A stretch of DNA of 63,977 nt, the filler included, from an uncultured bacterium (GTDB lineage: Bacteria > CAZSTA01), in the NCBI GenBank assembly GCA_964609495.1. It is 6 parts of 6 records of this genome, joined end to end, with 100 filler letters (N's around TTAATTAATTAA, not from the genome) between each part and the next. Parts side by side here need not be neighbours in the genome. Positions count along the whole stretch, not along the records: positions 43,265 to 53,822 come from CAZSTA010000127.1; positions 53,923 to 63,977 come from CAZSTA010000133.1; 4 more parts are not named here. One strand, given 5' to 3'. Of the stretch, positions 49,275 to 59,425 are shown piece after piece. Position numbers and translations under genes: made by a program. The notes under the pieces are model-generated. The model worked only from the letters and a program-made list of their open reading frames with translations, did no database searches and was not told the DNA's origin. Positions within the stretch are counted from its first letter, which is position 1. Each line of letters begins with the position of its first letter.

Positions 49275-50681
49275 CTATCCCTCAGTTATGTTCTTAATAG
49301 CATCTTCGACTATCTGAATCTGTCTCTCCGCTCCTAGTTCCTTGAATATTGATAAGGAGGCTTGAAGATACTTTAAAGCCTCCTCCCTCTCCCCTAGATC
49401 TCTATAAATCAGTCCAATGTTTCCCAACTGATTCGCCTCTTTTTCTCCATCTCCTAGCTCCCTAGCGATCCTTAATGCTCCCTTAAAATATTCTATAGCT
49501 TTCTCATCCTCTCTCAGATCAGTATAAGCATTTCCTATATTATTGTAAGTTTGATAATCAGGCTTGATCTTGAGAGCAGTTCGCCATTCGGAGATAGCCT
49601 CCTCTACCTTCCCCTGCTCGTAGTAGGCATCCCCTAGATTGGCGCGAGCATAAACATAATCGGGATCGATCTTGAGAGCGGTTTGGAACTCCAAGATAGC
49701 GGACTCTAGCTTTCCTTGATCGAAATAGGCATTCCCTAAGTTATAGTGAGGATAAATGTAATCAGGCTCGATCTTGATAGCGGTTTTATACTCCGAGATA
49801 GCTTCCTCCAGCTTCCCCTGATCGTAGTAGGCATCCCCTAATCTGTTATGAGTATAAGCGTCATTGGGATAGAGATTGATAGCATTCTTATACTCGGAGA
49901 TGGCTTCCTCTAACCTCCTTTGCTCATAGTAGATATCCCCTAGACCGAGATGAGCATAAGCATAATTAGGGTCGATCTTAAGGGCGAGTTTATACTCCGA
50001 GAAAGCCTCCTCTACCCTACCTAGATCGTAGTAGGTATTACCTAGGCTGTTATGAGCGCCTGCATTATAAGGATCGAGCTTGATGACAGTTTGAAATTCC
50101 GAGACAGCGGACTCTAGCTTCCTTTGAACAACATAGGCATTCCCTAGACTATTGTGAGCAGAAACATAACCAGGGTTGATCTTTATAGCGGTTTGCCATT
50201 CGGAGATGGCTTCCTCTAATTTCCCTTGCTCAAAATAGACACGCCCTAGATTGTAGTGAGCTAAGGCATAATCAGGATATATCTTTATAGCGGTTTGAAA
50301 CTCCGAGATAGCCTCCTTAAGCTTCCCTTGATTATAATAGATATCTCCCAGATTGTTGTGAGCTTGAACATAATTAGGATCGGTCTCGATAGCAGTTTGC
50401 CACTCGGAGATAGCCTCATCTAGCCTCCCTTGAGTCCGGTAGGCAAGTCCTAGATTGTAGTGAGCTAAGGCATAATCAGGATATACCTTTATAGTGGTTT
50501 GAAACTCCGAGATAGCTTCCTCTAGCCTCCCTTGTCCATAGTAGGCACTCCCTAGATTGATGTGAGTGCTAGCATCATCAGGCTTGAGCTTAAGAGCGAG
50601 TTTATACTCGGAGATAGCTTCCTCGAGCTTGCCTTGATCATAGTAGGCATTCCCTAGATTATAGTGATCCTCAGCATCCAT
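49275..50681 (-). CDS. TPR protein with ~11 tandem repeats plus divergent C-terminal TPRs
   Basis: Same repeat family as the downstream gene; ATG 50681 follows GAAAGGTG. Confidence 0.88.
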   Translation of the reverse strand: MDAEDHYNLGNAYYDQGKLEEAISEYKLALKLKPDDASTHINLGSAYYGQGRLEEAISEFQTTIKVYPDYALAHYNLGLAYRTQGRLDEAISEWQTAIETDPNYVQAHNNLGDIYYNQGKLKEAISEFQTAIKIYPDYALAHYNLGRVYFEQGKLEEAISEWQTAIKINPGYVSAHNSLGNAYVVQRKLESAVSEFQTVIKLDPYNAGAHNSLGNTYYDLGRVEEAFSEYKLALKIDPNYAYAHLGLGDIYYEQRRLEEAISEYKNAINLYPNDAYTHNRLGDAYYDQGKLEEAISEYKTAIKIEPDYIYPHYNLGNAYFDQGKLESAILEFQTALKIDPDYVYARANLGDAYYEQGKVEEAISEWRTALKIKPDYQTYNNIGNAYTDLREDEKAIEYFKGALRIARELGDGEKEANQLGNIGLIYRDLGEREEALKYLQASLSIFKELGAERQIQIVEDAIKNITEG

Positions 50682-50701
50682 AATATCAACACCTTTCAAT
50701 A

Positions 50702-52105
50702 TCAACTAATCCTTATCTTCCTCGTAATACCATACTTCTCTATCCTATTCCGCAGAGTATTCCTGCTTATCCCCAATAGGCGCGCCGCCCTAACCTGATT
50801 CCCTCCTGTCTTCTGGAGAGCCTTCAGGATCAAGATCCTCTCCACCTTTGCCATCACATCCGTGTTCTCACTCACGAAAGCCTCATTTAGAGCCTCCTCC
50901 AGAAGCTCCTCCATAGATCTCCTATTTCTGGTTCCCACTCCTATATCTGGTGGTATCTGCAAATCCTCACTGCTCAAGGACGAGGTCTTAGCCAAGATCA
51001 CCGCTCGCTTCAAGCAGTTTTCCAGCTCCCTGACATTTCCCGGCCAATCATATTGCATCAGCTTATCCATCGCCTCTATGTCAATACTTCGGATCGATTT
51101 CCCCAGCTCTTGACCGAACTTCTTCAGGAAATATTTGACTAGCTCTGGTATATCCTCCTTCCTCTCTCGGAGGGGAGGAAGATGAATCGAGATCACGTTC
51201 AGCCTATAATATAGATCCTCTCTAAATCTACCCTCTTGGATGGCTTTCTCCAAATCCCTGTTAGTAGCCACTATCAATCGCACATCAACCTTGATGAGAT
51301 CACTTCCTCCCAGCCTAGTGAACTCTCCCTCCTGGATAACTCGCAATATCTTCGTCTGAGTGGAGAGAGACATATCCCCTATCTCATCGAGGAACATAGT
51401 TCCTCTATCGCTCTGCTCGAACTTGCCGATCCTCCTCTCCCTCGCTCCGGTGAAAGCTCCTCTCTCATACCCGAATAGCTCCGATTCGAGCAGGGTATCG
51501 GGGATCGCCGCACAGTTCACTGCGATGAAAGGCTTACTTGCTCTTCTGCTGTGCTGATAGATGGCTCGCGCAAACAACTCCTTCCCGGTTCCACTATCTC
51601 CTCGTATGAGGACAGTTACATCCTTCTCTGCTATCTGACCGATCATCTTGTAAACCTTTTGCATCTCCTGAGAGTTCCCGATGATCACATCTCCTCTACC
51701 CTCGCCCTCCCCTATAGGAGGATAGGCGACCATCCTCTCCATCGTTTCTTTACTAGCTAAAGCCTTCTCGATCGTCTCCTTCATCCAGGGGACATCGAAG
51801 GGCTTCAAGGTATATTCATAAGCCCCCATCCGCATCGCTTCGATCGCGGTATTCATCGTTCCGTAGGCGGTCATTACGATCACTGGGAGCTTGACATCGA
51901 ATTCTTTTATCTGCTCAAGGGTCTGCAATCCCGTCATCCCCGGAAGCTTTATATCCATTATGACCAGCTCAGGATCGCTCTCCTCGAGCTTCGTCAAAGC
52001 CTCCTCTCCCGATTCGGCTGATATTATCTCATAATCATCGGCTAATATCCTCTTAAAAGAGTAGTGAACATTAGGTTCATCATCAACTATTAATATCCTT
52101 TTCAT
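50702..52105 (-). CDS. Sigma-54-dependent response regulator (NtrC/AtoC family)
   Basis: REC domain, [34 protein letters not shown], Fis HTH. Confidence 0.95.
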   Translation of the reverse strand: MKRILIVDDEPNVHYSFKRILADDYEIISAESGEEALTKLEESDPELVIMDIKLPGMTGLQTLEQIKEFDVKLPVIVMTAYGTMNTAIEAMRMGAYEYTLKPFDVPWMKETIEKALASKETMERMVAYPPIGEGEGRGDVIIGNSQEMQKVYKMIGQIAEKDVTVLIRGDSGTGKELFARAIYQHSRRASKPFIAVNCAAIPDTLLESELFGYERGAFTGARERRIGKFEQSDRGTMFLDEIGDMSLSTQTKILRVIQEGEFTRLGGSDLIKVDVRLIVATNRDLEKAIQEGRFREDLYYRLNVISIHLPPLRERKEDIPELVKYFLKKFGQELGKSIRSIDIEAMDKLMQYDWPGNVRELENCLKRAVILAKTSSLSSEDLQIPPDIGVGTRNRRSMEELLEEALNEAFVSENTDVMAKVERILILKALQKTGGNQVRAARLLGISRNTLRNRIEKYGITRKIRIS

Positions 52106-53804
52106 TATCCCCTCTCTCGATAGGCAAGATTATGGTGAAGGATGTCCCAACTTCTGGCTCGCTAGCGACCTTGATCTCTCCTTTATGTTGTTCTATTATC
52201 CTATGCACTACTGATAATCCTAATCCCAATCCGCCACTTTTGGTGGTGATAAAAGGCTCGAATATCTTCCCCTTGATCTCAGGCGGAACGCCCGATCCAT
52301 TATCCGATATCTCGATGGACACTGAGTTACTATTTTCCCTTGTAGATATCCTAAGTGAACCTCCCGCGGACATAGCATCAATAGAATTCAAAAATAGATT
52401 CAAGAATACCTGTCCCATCTTATCGGGATCAGCGTTTATAAGGGACAGAGGTGAGATATCTTTCTCCAAAGCGATCTTCCTTCGGCTGAGGCGGTGCTCG
52501 ACCAGCGATAGAGCGTTATTCAGAACTCGATTGATGTCTATATATTGAGGCTCTGAATCCTTGGGACGAGCGTAATCCAGAAATTGAGTTATGATCCTAT
52601 TTATGCGATCGATCTCTCCCTCGATGATCTCGACATCCTTTGCATTGCTCTCCTTGAGAGGATGAAGTAACATCTTGATAATAGTTAGGGGATTCCTGAT
52701 CTCATGAGCCACTTCAACCCCTAGCTCTCCCATCATTCCGAGCTTCTCAATCTGCCGAATCTCCTCTTCTAAAGCCATCATCCGCTCATACAATCTCGCG
52801 TTCTCGATAGCGATAGCGGATTGATCGGCGAAGCTGGAGAGCAACTGAATCTCCCCCTGGTTAAACTCATGTTGAGTGGATTTATAGACATTGATAACTC
52901 CGATAATCCTATCCTTAACCATAAGAGGCACCGAGAGGAGAGAACACAATCCCTCCTTTTTTGCCAATTCTGGATATCTATAGCCAGGGACTTGACGAAC
53001 ATCAAGAGCAGTTAGAGGTCTCCTCGTCTCCACAACTCTCCCGATTAAACTCTCATCAACTTTAAGATTTGGCTTCCCAATATAGGCTGGGCTTCCTCCG
53101 TAAACGACCCTGATGACCAGTTCAGTTCCATCCTCGTTAAGCAACATCAACGAACAGATCTTGGTCTTCATAATATAAGCGGTTCGCTCTATGATCTCAG
53201 CTAGGATCTCCTCCAGATTCATCGTCCCGATTATTATCTTGCTTATATCTGCTAAAGCTGAAAGCTCATTCATCCTGCGATTCAAGGCATCGTAAAGTTT
53301 GGAGTTTTGAATGATCATCGCGGAGTGGGAAGCCAAGGTGGTGAGGGATTCCAAATCCTCCGTTGTGAAAGCGTTGAGTTCAGTGCTATTAACATTTGCT
53401 ACTCCAATGACTTCACCTTCTATGACTAGAGGGACCGCCAACTCCGATTTTATGTCTGCATCGACATTGACATATCGCTCATCCTTAGTGACATCGGGAA
53501 TAAGCAGAGGTTCTCCAGTCCTCGCGACCCAACCGGTGATCCCCTCCCCGATCCTCAACTCATTCACCCCGATAGCCTTATCAAATCCGCAAGCGACCTC
53601 TAGTTTAAGCATATTCGATTCTTTATCGATTAGACGAAGTGATCCGCTGGTAGCTCCACTGATCCTAACCACGGCTTCGATGATCGTGTTTAGGATCTTC
53701 TTAGGTTCCATAGTGGAGGAAGTGATGATCCTGCTTAGTTCGTATAGATTCGTTAGTCTTGATTCTTCAGATCTCACTAATTGTTTCATATCGGAAACTC
53801 CCAT
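52083..53804 (-). CDS. Cytoplasmic sensor histidine kinase with two GAF domains
   Basis: Two GAF domains, AHEIRNPL H-box, N, G1 (DNGSG), F and G2 (GLGLGL) boxes. Confidence 0.92.
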   Translation of the reverse strand: MGVSDMKQLVRSEESRLTNLYELSRIITSSTMEPKKILNTIIEAVVRISGATSGSLRLIDKESNMLKLEVACGFDKAIGVNELRIGEGITGWVARTGEPLLIPDVTKDERYVNVDADIKSELAVPLVIEGEVIGVANVNSTELNAFTTEDLESLTTLASHSAMIIQNSKLYDALNRRMNELSALADISKIIIGTMNLEEILAEIIERTAYIMKTKICSLMLLNEDGTELVIRVVYGGSPAYIGKPNLKVDESLIGRVVETRRPLTALDVRQVPGYRYPELAKKEGLCSLLSVPLMVKDRIIGVINVYKSTQHEFNQGEIQLLSSFADQSAIAIENARLYERMMALEEEIRQIEKLGMMGELGVEVAHEIRNPLTIIKMLLHPLKESNAKDVEIIEGEIDRINRIITQFLDYARPKDSEPQYIDINRVLNNALSLVEHRLSRRKIALEKDISPLSLINADPDKMGQVFLNLFLNSIDAMSAGGSLRISTRENSNSVSIEISDNGSGVPPEIKGKIFEPFITTKSGGLGLGLSVVHRIIEQHKGEIKVASEPEVGTSFTIILPIERGDNEKDINS

Positions 53805-53822
53805 TAGTTTCCCCCTCACCCT

Positions 53823-53922
53823 NNNNNNNNNNNNNNNNNNNNNNNNNNNNNNNNNNNNNNNNNNNNTTAATTAATTAANNNNNNNNNNNNNNNNNNNNNN
53901 NNNNNNNNNNNNNNNNNNNNNN
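53823..53922. other. Artificial contig linker
   Basis: N-TTAATTAATTAA-N. Confidence 0.98.
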
Positions 53923-54125
53923 GTGCCTCCGATAAGGAGAACCGCTCCTCTCATAGGCACAAAGGTATATCAGACCAACATAATTGTGATCCCGAAGAAG
54001 GTCATAATAGTGCCTGTCTGGGGGACGTTTAGAGTATGGAGGAGAGCGCCTAAGCTCATCTCTGCAACTCCCCAGATCGTTCCAAATAAAGCTATGTAAA
54101 CCAAATCTCTAGTCTTATACCGCAT
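53923..54125 (-). CDS. ECF transporter S-component-like membrane protein, 3'-partial, with an in-frame TGA at codon 52
   Basis: MRYKTRDLVYIALFGTIWGVAEMSLGALLHTLNVPQTGTIMTFFGITIMLV*YTFVPMRGAVLLIGG; TRDL.YIA.F start typical of S components; directly downstream of the ECF ATPase. Confidence 0.65.
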
Positions 54126-54212
54126 ACTCTCTCCCCTCTCTCGTTACCTCAAGATTTGAAATATCATTACTCCTACTGACTTCACAAACTTCACTTCCTA
54201 AGATCCTCATCT

Positions 54213-55646
54213 TTACAGTGGTCGAATTTTTCCTTCCTCTAACTTAAATATGTTTCGAGCGTATCTGTTTACCAACTCTTGATCGTGAGTTATAAGCAGG
54301 ATTGTATTCCCTTGTTCATTGAGCTTCTTAGTGAAGTCCATAAACTTAGTCAGATGCCCCCAATCCTGCCCTAAAGTCGGCTCATCCAAGATCAATAAAG
54401 TGGGAGTTAAAGCTAGGATAGAAGCCAAAGCCAATCTTTGTTGCTGACCACTGCTTAAAGAGTGAACCCTCTCATATCTCATATCAGTTAAATCCGTAAT
54501 CGACAGGACTTCCTCTAAACGACCATCAAGAGGAAGCCCAAAGTTATTCAACCCAAAAGTTATCTCCTCCTCAACAGTATCGCAGAAGAGTTGTTCCAAA
54601 GGATTCTGTTGGAGCAATCCGATCTCTCTCCCAAAACTCACTTTAACCCCACGTCCAAATACCTTAACCCTTCCGGAATCAGGCTTGAGCAATCCCAAAA
54701 TGATATGAGCTAGAGTAGATTTTCCGGCGCCATTGTCTCCTACTAGAGCAACGAAATCACCTTTAGCTATCTTCAAAGATAGATCCCTTAAAATAGGTTT
54801 ATCCCCATATCTGAAGGATATATCCTCCAAAGATACTATTAAATCATCGTTTTGTCTATAGTGGCTTGTCTCCTCTCTATCACCTAATTCAAGAGGCCTT
54901 ATTCCTAATTCCTCGATCTTCTCCTTCTCGCTGAATACCTCCTGCGGAGCGCCATCTAAAATTAACTTCCCCCTATCCATAACTAATACCCTGTCAGCTA
55001 GAGGCGCTACTAGAGAGGTTTTATGCTCTATGATAAAGATGGTGATCTGCTCCTCTTGATTCAAACGGGTTAGAACATCCAAGACCAACTCTGTTCCCTT
55101 TCGATCTAAGCTACCTAGAGGTTCATCTAAGATTAGTGTATCAGGATGCATCGCCAAGGTTGCGCCAATTACGACTCGTTGCTTCTCTCCTCCAGAAAGT
55201 TCTCTTACCAATTCCTGAGAATAATTTTCGATCCCCACCGCCTCAAGCCCAAACTTCACTTTATCTTTGATTTCCTCATTTGAGAGGGCTAGATTGCGCG
55301 GGCCAAAAGATAGCTCTTCCTCGACAGTTCTATTAAATAGCTGAGTCTCTGGTATTTGAAACACTGACCCAACCTTAGTCGCTATATGAGCGACTGAGCT
55401 TCCCTCAGTATCTATCCCCTCCACCACCACCTTTCCTTCCACCCTGGCATTTATGATATGAGGTATGAGACCATTTAGACATCGAGCGAGAGTGCTTTTC
55501 CCACAGCCAGAAGGACCAGTAAGCAAGACCCATTGCCCAGAAGGAATTCGCAAGGAAAGATCGCTTATCGCGATCTTATCGCCATAACTCACCGTCAGAT
55601 TCTCAATTTGGATAGCTTGCTTAGGATCTGGAATATTCGATTTCAT
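54213..55646 (-). CDS. ECF transporter duplicated ATPase (fused EcfA-A')
   Basis: Two ABC domains: GPSGCGKST/FQ.PE.Q/LSGGEKQR and GDNGAGKST/QNP..Q/LSSGQQQR/DEPT.GQD. Confidence 0.92.
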   Translation of the reverse strand: MKSNIPDPKQAIQIENLTVSYGDKIAISDLSLRIPSGQWVLLTGPSGCGKSTLARCLNGLIPHIINARVEGKVVVEGIDTEGSSVAHIATKVGSVFQIPETQLFNRTVEEELSFGPRNLALSNEEIKDKVKFGLEAVGIENYSQELVRELSGGEKQRVVIGATLAMHPDTLILDEPLGSLDRKGTELVLDVLTRLNQEEQITIFIIEHKTSLVAPLADRVLVMDRGKLILDGAPQEVFSEKEKIEELGIRPLELGDREETSHYRQNDDLIVSLEDISFRYGDKPILRDLSLKIAKGDFVALVGDNGAGKSTLAHIILGLLKPDSGRVKVFGRGVKVSFGREIGLLQQNPLEQLFCDTVEEEITFGLNNFGLPLDGRLEEVLSITDLTDMRYERVHSLSSGQQQRLALASILALTPTLLILDEPTLGQDWGHLTKFMDFTKKLNEQGNTILLITHDQELVNRYARNIFKLEEGKIRPL

Positions 55647-55649
55647 AAG

Positions 55650-55677
55650 AAAAAAGCCACCTCCCCGGAGATGGCTT
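55650..55677 (-). terminator. Intrinsic terminator in the riboswitch leader
   Basis: Minus strand AAGCCATCTCC-GG-GGAGGTGGCTT-TTTT, ending just before the ATG. Confidence 0.8.
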
Positions 55678-55739
55678 ACAATTCAAAACCTCAGATATCT
55701 CGATAGGAGAGAGAGATATCCTTGCCAATGGTTGAATTA

Positions 55740-55843
55740 GCCTCTCCTTTCCAAGCACGAGGAGGTAGGGTCGTTTCCTTCCCTACCCGAAACGGCCAAC
55801 TAGTCCCTAGGCTACGCCCTTAGGCCTGATGGCTCGGAGAAGC
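55740..55843 (-). ncRNA. Moco (molybdenum/tungsten cofactor) riboswitch-like RNA motif
   Basis: Minus strand CTCCGAGC...CCTAAG..TAGGG...GTAGGG-aagGAAAcga-CCCTAC-CTCCTCGTGCTTGGAAAGGAG. Confidence 0.82.
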
Positions 55844-55868
55844 ATTAACTCCTATTCTACTGTTATAT

Positions 55869-55897
55869 ATTTTAACACAGACCTATCGAAAAGTCAA
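55869..55897 (-). promoter_or_regulatory. Sigma-70 promoter of the Moco-ECF leader
   Basis: TTGACT-17-TAAAAT with TG extension on the minus strand. Confidence 0.7.
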
Positions 55898-55904
55898 TTC
55901 GATC

Positions 55905-57893
55905 TCACTTCAAAATCTTCACATCTAGCGGTGGAAGATCAACAACTCCCTTTAGCTTATCACCACTTATCAAATCCGTATAAACTCCATCCAATTGAAC
56001 ATACTTGACTTCATGGGTATGATTCATCAAGAAGATTATCTCCTTGCCATCTCCAACTCTCTTATTGACCTCGACTCCATGCGGCACTAGAAACACGGGG
56101 GGCTTTACATCAGAACTAAGTAAAAGCCAGCTTATGGCTTTGCGATATAGATCATCCTCGCCGATCGTTCCTACGTAGAACACTCGCCCTTTACCATAGC
56201 GATTAAGGGTAACTGCTGCCTCATCGGCATAGTAATCCTGAGTATATTTAGCAACCACTTGAGCAGTCGTAGGCTTCAATATCTCACACCAAACCTTAAC
56301 CTTATATTCCCCAGGAGAGATTCCCGGATAAACGAAGGAGATCTCATTTGAATGCTCTGGCTCTAGGGAATCGAACTCCTCGACCTCTACTCCCAATAAC
56401 TCCTTTAATTCTCCGGGCAATGGCTTATCGGTTACTAGATTACTCCAGGTCTTGAAGCCTGCTCGAGGACCCACCACCAGATTTCCTCCCTTTTCAACAT
56501 AAGAACATAGATTCTTCACGATTCTGTCGTTAAGGATAAGAAGTAGAGGAGCGATCACGACCTTATATCTGCTCAAATCATCCTCAGGATGAATAATATC
56601 CATCGGCACATCCATATCATAAACGTGATAATAGTAGCTGAAATAAGCTAAGGCTCCTCCCCGCTCGGCGAACTGCTTATTATGAGGTTGAAGTTCCAAT
56701 GCCCAACGAGCATCATAATACATGAGTATAGCGACTTCCGATTCGGCGGCTGTTCCCTCTAAAGTATCCTCGATCTTCCTCAATTCTTCGCTGGTTTGCT
56801 TGATCTCATCGAAGACTCGACCAGGGCTTCCATCATGCTTGAGGATCCCACTATGATACTGCTCCGATCCTATCCGCGCCGCTCGCCAACGGAAATAGAC
56901 GATCCCATCCGCACCATGGGCGATATCCTGATAGGTCCATAGCCTCACCTCTCCCGGTTTAGGAGCGGGATTATAAGGTCCCCAGTTCACATTGCCACAT
57001 TGCTGCTCCATCACCCAGACGTTCTTCTTCTTAATCCCCCACATCAGATCATTAGTCAGCGCTACAATCGCTGGTGTTGCTCCATGAAAGTGATAGTTGT
57101 CCCACGAAACAAAATCTAGATCTTCAGCAAGATCGAAATAGTCTATCTCATCGAATAAGCCCATCAAGTTATGAGTGATGAAGTGATGGGGAACTATCCT
57201 TCGTAGTATATCTATTTGCAACTTTTGATAGGCGACCACCGAGTCTGAGGAGAAGCGATAGAAGTCCAACAGCAAGCTGGGATTATGCTCGGCGGGCGCC
57301 TTCCAGGGAAGCGGTATTTCTTCCCAATCAGTGTAATTGTGACTCCAGAACATAGTTCCCCAAGCCTTATTCAGGGTATCCAGATCTCCATATCTGATCT
57401 TCAGCCACTTGCGGAATCCCTCGGCACAGTCTTCACAATAGCAGCGAGTCGTGCTATGATTACCAAATTCGTTATCGGTCTGCCATCCGATCACCCCCGG
57501 ATTATCCTTGTAATGCTCAGCCATCTTCGTAACGATCTTCTCCGTATACTCCCAATAGATTGGACTGTTGTGACAGTAGTGGCACCTCGTTCCCGGTCCT
57601 TTCACTTGACGATTGCTATCGACTGGCAAGATAGAGGGATGCTTATGAGTAAGCCAGGGAGGTGGCGCAGCAGTAGGCGTTCCCAACACCGTTTTAATCC
57701 CCTTCTTATCGAGCATTTCGATGATCCGATCGAGCCACCCAAAATCATATCTTCCTTCTTCGGGCTCCATCTTCGCCCAAGCAAATTCCGCCATTCTCAC
57801 TACGTTAAAATTTAATTCGCTCATCAGTTCTACATCATCCGCCCACCTCTCCTCGGGCCAATGCTCTGGATAGTAATCCGCCCCAAAATACAT
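55905..57893 (-). CDS. GH42 beta-galactosidase
   Basis: GADYYPEHW, AEFAW, LGTPTA.PP.W, DNE acid/base, VMEQQ nucleophile, YFRWR, EQYH. Confidence 0.94.
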   Translation of the reverse strand: MYFGADYYPEHWPEERWADDVELMSELNFNVVRMAEFAWAKMEPEEGRYDFGWLDRIIEMLDKKGIKTVLGTPTAAPPPWLTHKHPSILPVDSNRQVKGPGTRCHYCHNSPIYWEYTEKIVTKMAEHYKDNPGVIGWQTDNEFGNHSTTRCYCEDCAEGFRKWLKIRYGDLDTLNKAWGTMFWSHNYTDWEEIPLPWKAPAEHNPSLLLDFYRFSSDSVVAYQKLQIDILRRIVPHHFITHNLMGLFDEIDYFDLAEDLDFVSWDNYHFHGATPAIVALTNDLMWGIKKKNVWVMEQQCGNVNWGPYNPAPKPGEVRLWTYQDIAHGADGIVYFRWRAARIGSEQYHSGILKHDGSPGRVFDEIKQTSEELRKIEDTLEGTAAESEVAILMYYDARWALELQPHNKQFAERGGALAYFSYYYHVYDMDVPMDIIHPEDDLSRYKVVIAPLLLILNDRIVKNLCSYVEKGGNLVVGPRAGFKTWSNLVTDKPLPGELKELLGVEVEEFDSLEPEHSNEISFVYPGISPGEYKVKVWCEILKPTTAQVVAKYTQDYYADEAAVTLNRYGKGRVFYVGTIGEDDLYRKAISWLLLSSDVKPPVFLVPHGVEVNKRVGDGKEIIFLMNHTHEVKYVQLDGVYTDLISGDKLKGVVDLPPLDVKILK

Positions 57894-57997
57894 ATAAATC
57901 AATCCTCCTTTCAAAGTTTCACCAATGACTAGCGAAGGACTTTTTTAGTTCCGATCGAATATTCTTAAATATTCTTACTCCTCTGATTCCCCGATCT

Positions 57998-59410
57998 CTA
58001 CTTGAACTGCGGTAGATATTTGGCGTGGATTCTCAGATAATCATCGAGAATATTCTTAGCGGTATCGATATCATTGATCATAGGATCTAACAAAATCGCC
58101 TGAAGGGCAGTCTTCTTGCACCCTTTTACCGCCGCCTCTACTTCCAACTCAGCTATGGTTATCTGATTCCGACATAGATACGCAACAGGCTCGGGCAGAT
58201 CCCCCATTGCTAATCCGATAGGCCCTTTGCCACTGAGCAATGTCGGAACTTCAACGATAGCGGATTCAGGAAGATTTGTGATATGCCCTTTATTAGGGAT
58301 ATTTAACGCTAACTCATAAGAATTCAGATTCTCGGCGATCCCTAGGATGATCTCAACCGCCCGCTCGCTGCGAACCTCCTTTAGCCCATCGATGGGAACT
58401 TTCCCTGAGACCATTCCAGCTATCCTCTCCCAGGTCTTATCCCTCTCCTTCTCTGCGCCATCCCAATCGTAAAGCTCCAATCTATACTTTTCCCAGGGCT
58501 TAGTGCGTTGATCGTGGCACCAGGGGAGATACTCAGCCATATGCCCATCCCCAGGAGCAGGGAATATACCAAAAGCATTGAACATCTCTCGGGATAAGGG
58601 CATAATATTCTTCATCTCATCGCTCATTATCCTCTTAGCAAAAAGAGGATATAGGTCCTCTCCAGTCTGGGCATTTCTGATATCCAAGATCCAAGTGAAG
58701 TGATTGAGTCCCGCGGCTTTAATATCTATCATAGGCACAACCTGTTTCATCAAACTCCTTAAAGCCACCATAACATCTGGAGCTGGAGCTGAGGTCATTT
58801 TAGGCTCCTCAAGGAACTTCTTGATCTTCTCTGGAATCGGAATACCTAAATCCTCAGCCAACACCCCTCCCACGATCATATATCCAGCCATAATCTGATG
58901 GCAGACCCCGATCGCCTTAACCTTGGTATAGCGAGATAAGGCTAAACAGAGGCGAGGAACTGGATTACTATAATTGAGAAGCCAAGCCTCGGGACATAGC
59001 TTCTCCATATCGCGGGCGATGTCCATAAAGATGGGGGTATTCCGAGCCGTTTGGGAGAACGCACCTGGCCCCCCATTTTCCCCTAGAGGCTGACGAACTC
59101 CATACTTCAGCGGTATCTCCCAGTCCAGTCTCCAGGTCTTCTCCCTATCAACCGCCACGGAGACGATCACGAACTCTGCCCCATCTAACACCTCTCTCCG
59201 ATTGGTTGAGCTTTCGATCTTAATCCCAGATCCCCACTCCTTATTCATCCTCTCCGCTAACTGAGTGATGAGCTTTAGTCCTTCGGTGTTTATATCCACT
59301 AAAGCTAGAGTACTTCCCTTCAACTTCTCGCACTTCATAATATTGGCTAGATTTCCTAAGCCGAATTGAGCGCTTCCCGCTCCAATAGCTACGATTTTAG
59401 TTGGTAACAT
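57998..59410 (-). CDS. GH4 NAD-dependent alpha-galactosidase/glucosidase
   Basis: IGAGS, GENGGPG, LNYSNP, GVCH, AGLNHF, H.AEY.PW. Confidence 0.92.
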   Translation of the reverse strand: MLPTKIVAIGAGSAQFGLGNLANIMKCEKLKGSTLALVDINTEGLKLITQLAERMNKEWGSGIKIESSTNRREVLDGAEFVIVSVAVDREKTWRLDWEIPLKYGVRQPLGENGGPGAFSQTARNTPIFMDIARDMEKLCPEAWLLNYSNPVPRLCLALSRYTKVKAIGVCHQIMAGYMIVGGVLAEDLGIPIPEKIKKFLEEPKMTSAPAPDVMVALRSLMKQVVPMIDIKAAGLNHFTWILDIRNAQTGEDLYPLFAKRIMSDEMKNIMPLSREMFNAFGIFPAPGDGHMAEYLPWCHDQRTKPWEKYRLELYDWDGAEKERDKTWERIAGMVSGKVPIDGLKEVRSERAVEIILGIAENLNSYELALNIPNKGHITNLPESAIVEVPTLLSGKGPIGLAMGDLPEPVAYLCRNQITIAELEVEAAVKGCKKTALQAILLDPMINDIDTAKNILDDYLRIHAKYLPQFK

Positions 59411-59425
59411 AACTAATACCTCCTC

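Noticed and set aside
47574-50681. 102-bp periodic repeats as a CRISPR array or DGR
   Set aside because: Repeats are in-frame TPR coding units with no unique spacers; differences are not adenine-restricted; no cas or RT genes
53311-53874. Long antisense or alternate-frame ORFs in the track (also 14466-14927, 38528-38998, 57285-57815 and similar)
   Set aside because: They overlap well-supported genes, lack RBS or motifs, and are expected shadow ORFs
53970-53972. TGA as evidence of genetic code 4/25 or selenocysteine
   Set aside because: Other genes terminate normally at TGA, long ORFs are intact under code 11, and the context is a TM segment with no recognisable SECIS
55740-55843. Leader as a cobalamin or TPP riboswitch (usual for ECF genes)
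   Set aside because: Lacks the B12-box and the TPP CTGAGA core; matches Moco-motif features instead
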